A stretch of DNA of 64,000 bases from an uncultured Planctomycetota bacterium (GTDB taxonomy: Bacteria; Planctomycetota; Planctomycetia; Gemmatales; Gemmataceae): the NCBI GenBank assembly GCA_963849325.1, contig CAWKHF010000012.1:640001-704000 (forward strand), given 5' to 3'. Below, one piece after another: positions 63,137 through 64,000 of the stretch. The notes under the pieces were generated by a model. It saw only the letters and a program-made list of their open reading frames with translations. It ran no database searches and was not told where the DNA came from. The position numbers and the translations under genes were made by a program. Each line of letters begins with the position of its first letter. Position 1 is the first letter of the stretch.

Positions 63137-64000
63137 TTAGTTGCAGCAACTCCCGCAAGAGGAGTTGCCGCAAGGATCGCAGCAGGTCGGCGTGCAGCAG
63201 CAGCGGCGGCTGAACAGCTTGCTCATCCAGCCGGACTTCTGGCAGCAGCAGGGCGAGCAGCAGCACGGCGTGCAGCAGGTGTTGCAGCAGCAGGCCGGCT
63301 GGCAGCACGTCGTCGGGCAGCACGTCGTCGGGCAGCAGGTCGTCGGGCAGCACGTCGTCGGGCAGCACGTCGTCGGGCAGCACGTCGTCGGGCAAGCCGG
63401 AGCATGGCAGGCCGGGGCCGGGCACGCGGGGGCCGGGCAGGGGTCGCAGGCCACCGGCACACGGCGGCAGCGCTGCACGCACACCTCGACCGGCACGCAC
63501 GTCTTGACGCGCTTGCAGACCGTGCAGGGCACGCACTCCGTGACCGTGTACGGCACCTTGCAGTGGACCGTGTACGGCACCTGCGTGCAGACCGTGTAGG
63601 GCACCTGCTTCATGACCGTGCACGGCACCATCTCGCAGACGGTGTAGGGCACCATCTTCTTGACCGTGTGCGGCACCATGCGGCAGACGGTATAGGGCAC
63701 CGTCTTGACGTGCTGCTCGGTCACCGTGCGCCAGACGGTATAGGGCACCTGCTTCTTGCACACCTCGGCCACCATGCGGCAGCTGGTCGTGGTGTAGCTC
63801 GTGGTGTAGGTCGCGCCGCACACGAACCTCCGGCCGGAGGGCGAAGCGGTGCCGGGAGCGGAGGCGGAACCGCAACCACCGGCGCCGGGGTCGCCATGAC
63901 CGACGCCCTGAGCGTCCACCCAGGCGCCCTTGCAGCAGCGCACGACCGTGTACGGCACCTGCTTCTTGCACACCTGGGTCTCGTAGCGCGTGACCGTGTA
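63137..64000 (-). CDS. Cys/Thr/Val/Pro-rich repeat protein (5' end outside the window)
   Basis: Periodic VPYTVC repeats, then (PTTCC)x6 and a poly-Cys tail. Confidence 0.8.
   Translation of the reverse strand, partial: YTVTRYETQVCKKQVPYTVVRCCKGAWVDAQGVGHGDPGAGGCGSASAPGTASPSGRRFVCGATYTTSYTTTSCRMVAEVCKKQVPYTVWRTVTEQHVKTVPYTVCRMVPHTVKKMVPYTVCEMVPCTVMKQVPYTVCTQVPYTVHCKVPYTVTECVPCTVCKRVKTCVPVEVCVQRCRRVPVACDPCPAPACPAPACHAPACPTTCCPTTCCPTTCCPTTCCPTTCCPTTCCQPACCCNTCCTPCCCSPCCCQKSGWMSKLFSRRCCCTPTCCDPCGNSSCGSCCN
63301..63394. repeat. 15-bp tandem repeat x6
   Basis: GGCAGCACGTCGTCG units, one variant. Confidence 0.92.

Noticed and set aside
63301-63394. 15-bp tandem array as CRISPR or non-coding repeat
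   Set aside because: No spacers; it is in-frame coding sequence (PTTCC)

Overview
High-GC bacterial DNA with Planctomycetota hallmarks, most like Gemmataceae: three DUF1501 genes, a DUF1800/DUF1501 pair, a planctomycete cytochrome c/DUF1549/DUF1553 protein and a Cys-rich repeat protein. The backbone carries trpE, tRNA-Arg(UCU), ispH, pabB, mutS2, ggt, hisA, an EF-G paralog, sat/Rrf2/cysH and a CzcCBA-like efflux set. Small accessory modules sit between these genes: three TA pairs, Uma2, XisH/XisI, HNH and HEPN-like proteins, one IS4-family element with intact ends and a decayed restriction-modification-like island. At least six families of palindromic REP-like repeats are present. Many genes, including housekeeping ones, have single-base frameshifts that I read as sequencing error. 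Best leads: (1) an intron-less I-Ssp6803I-like PD-(D/E)XK gene between a degenerate tRNA 5' half, which supplies its Shine-Dalgarno site, and an intact tRNA-Arg; (2) a vapBC pair flanked by two alleles of the same 171-bp gene end; (3) a candidate ~65-nt sRNA; (4) a BamA-like beta-strand segment inside an unrelated protein; (5) a relic integron-like cassette pair; (6) a DUF4928-like gene split by a 270-bp insert that restarts translation in frame. All family assignments come from motifs recognised by eye; no searches were run.
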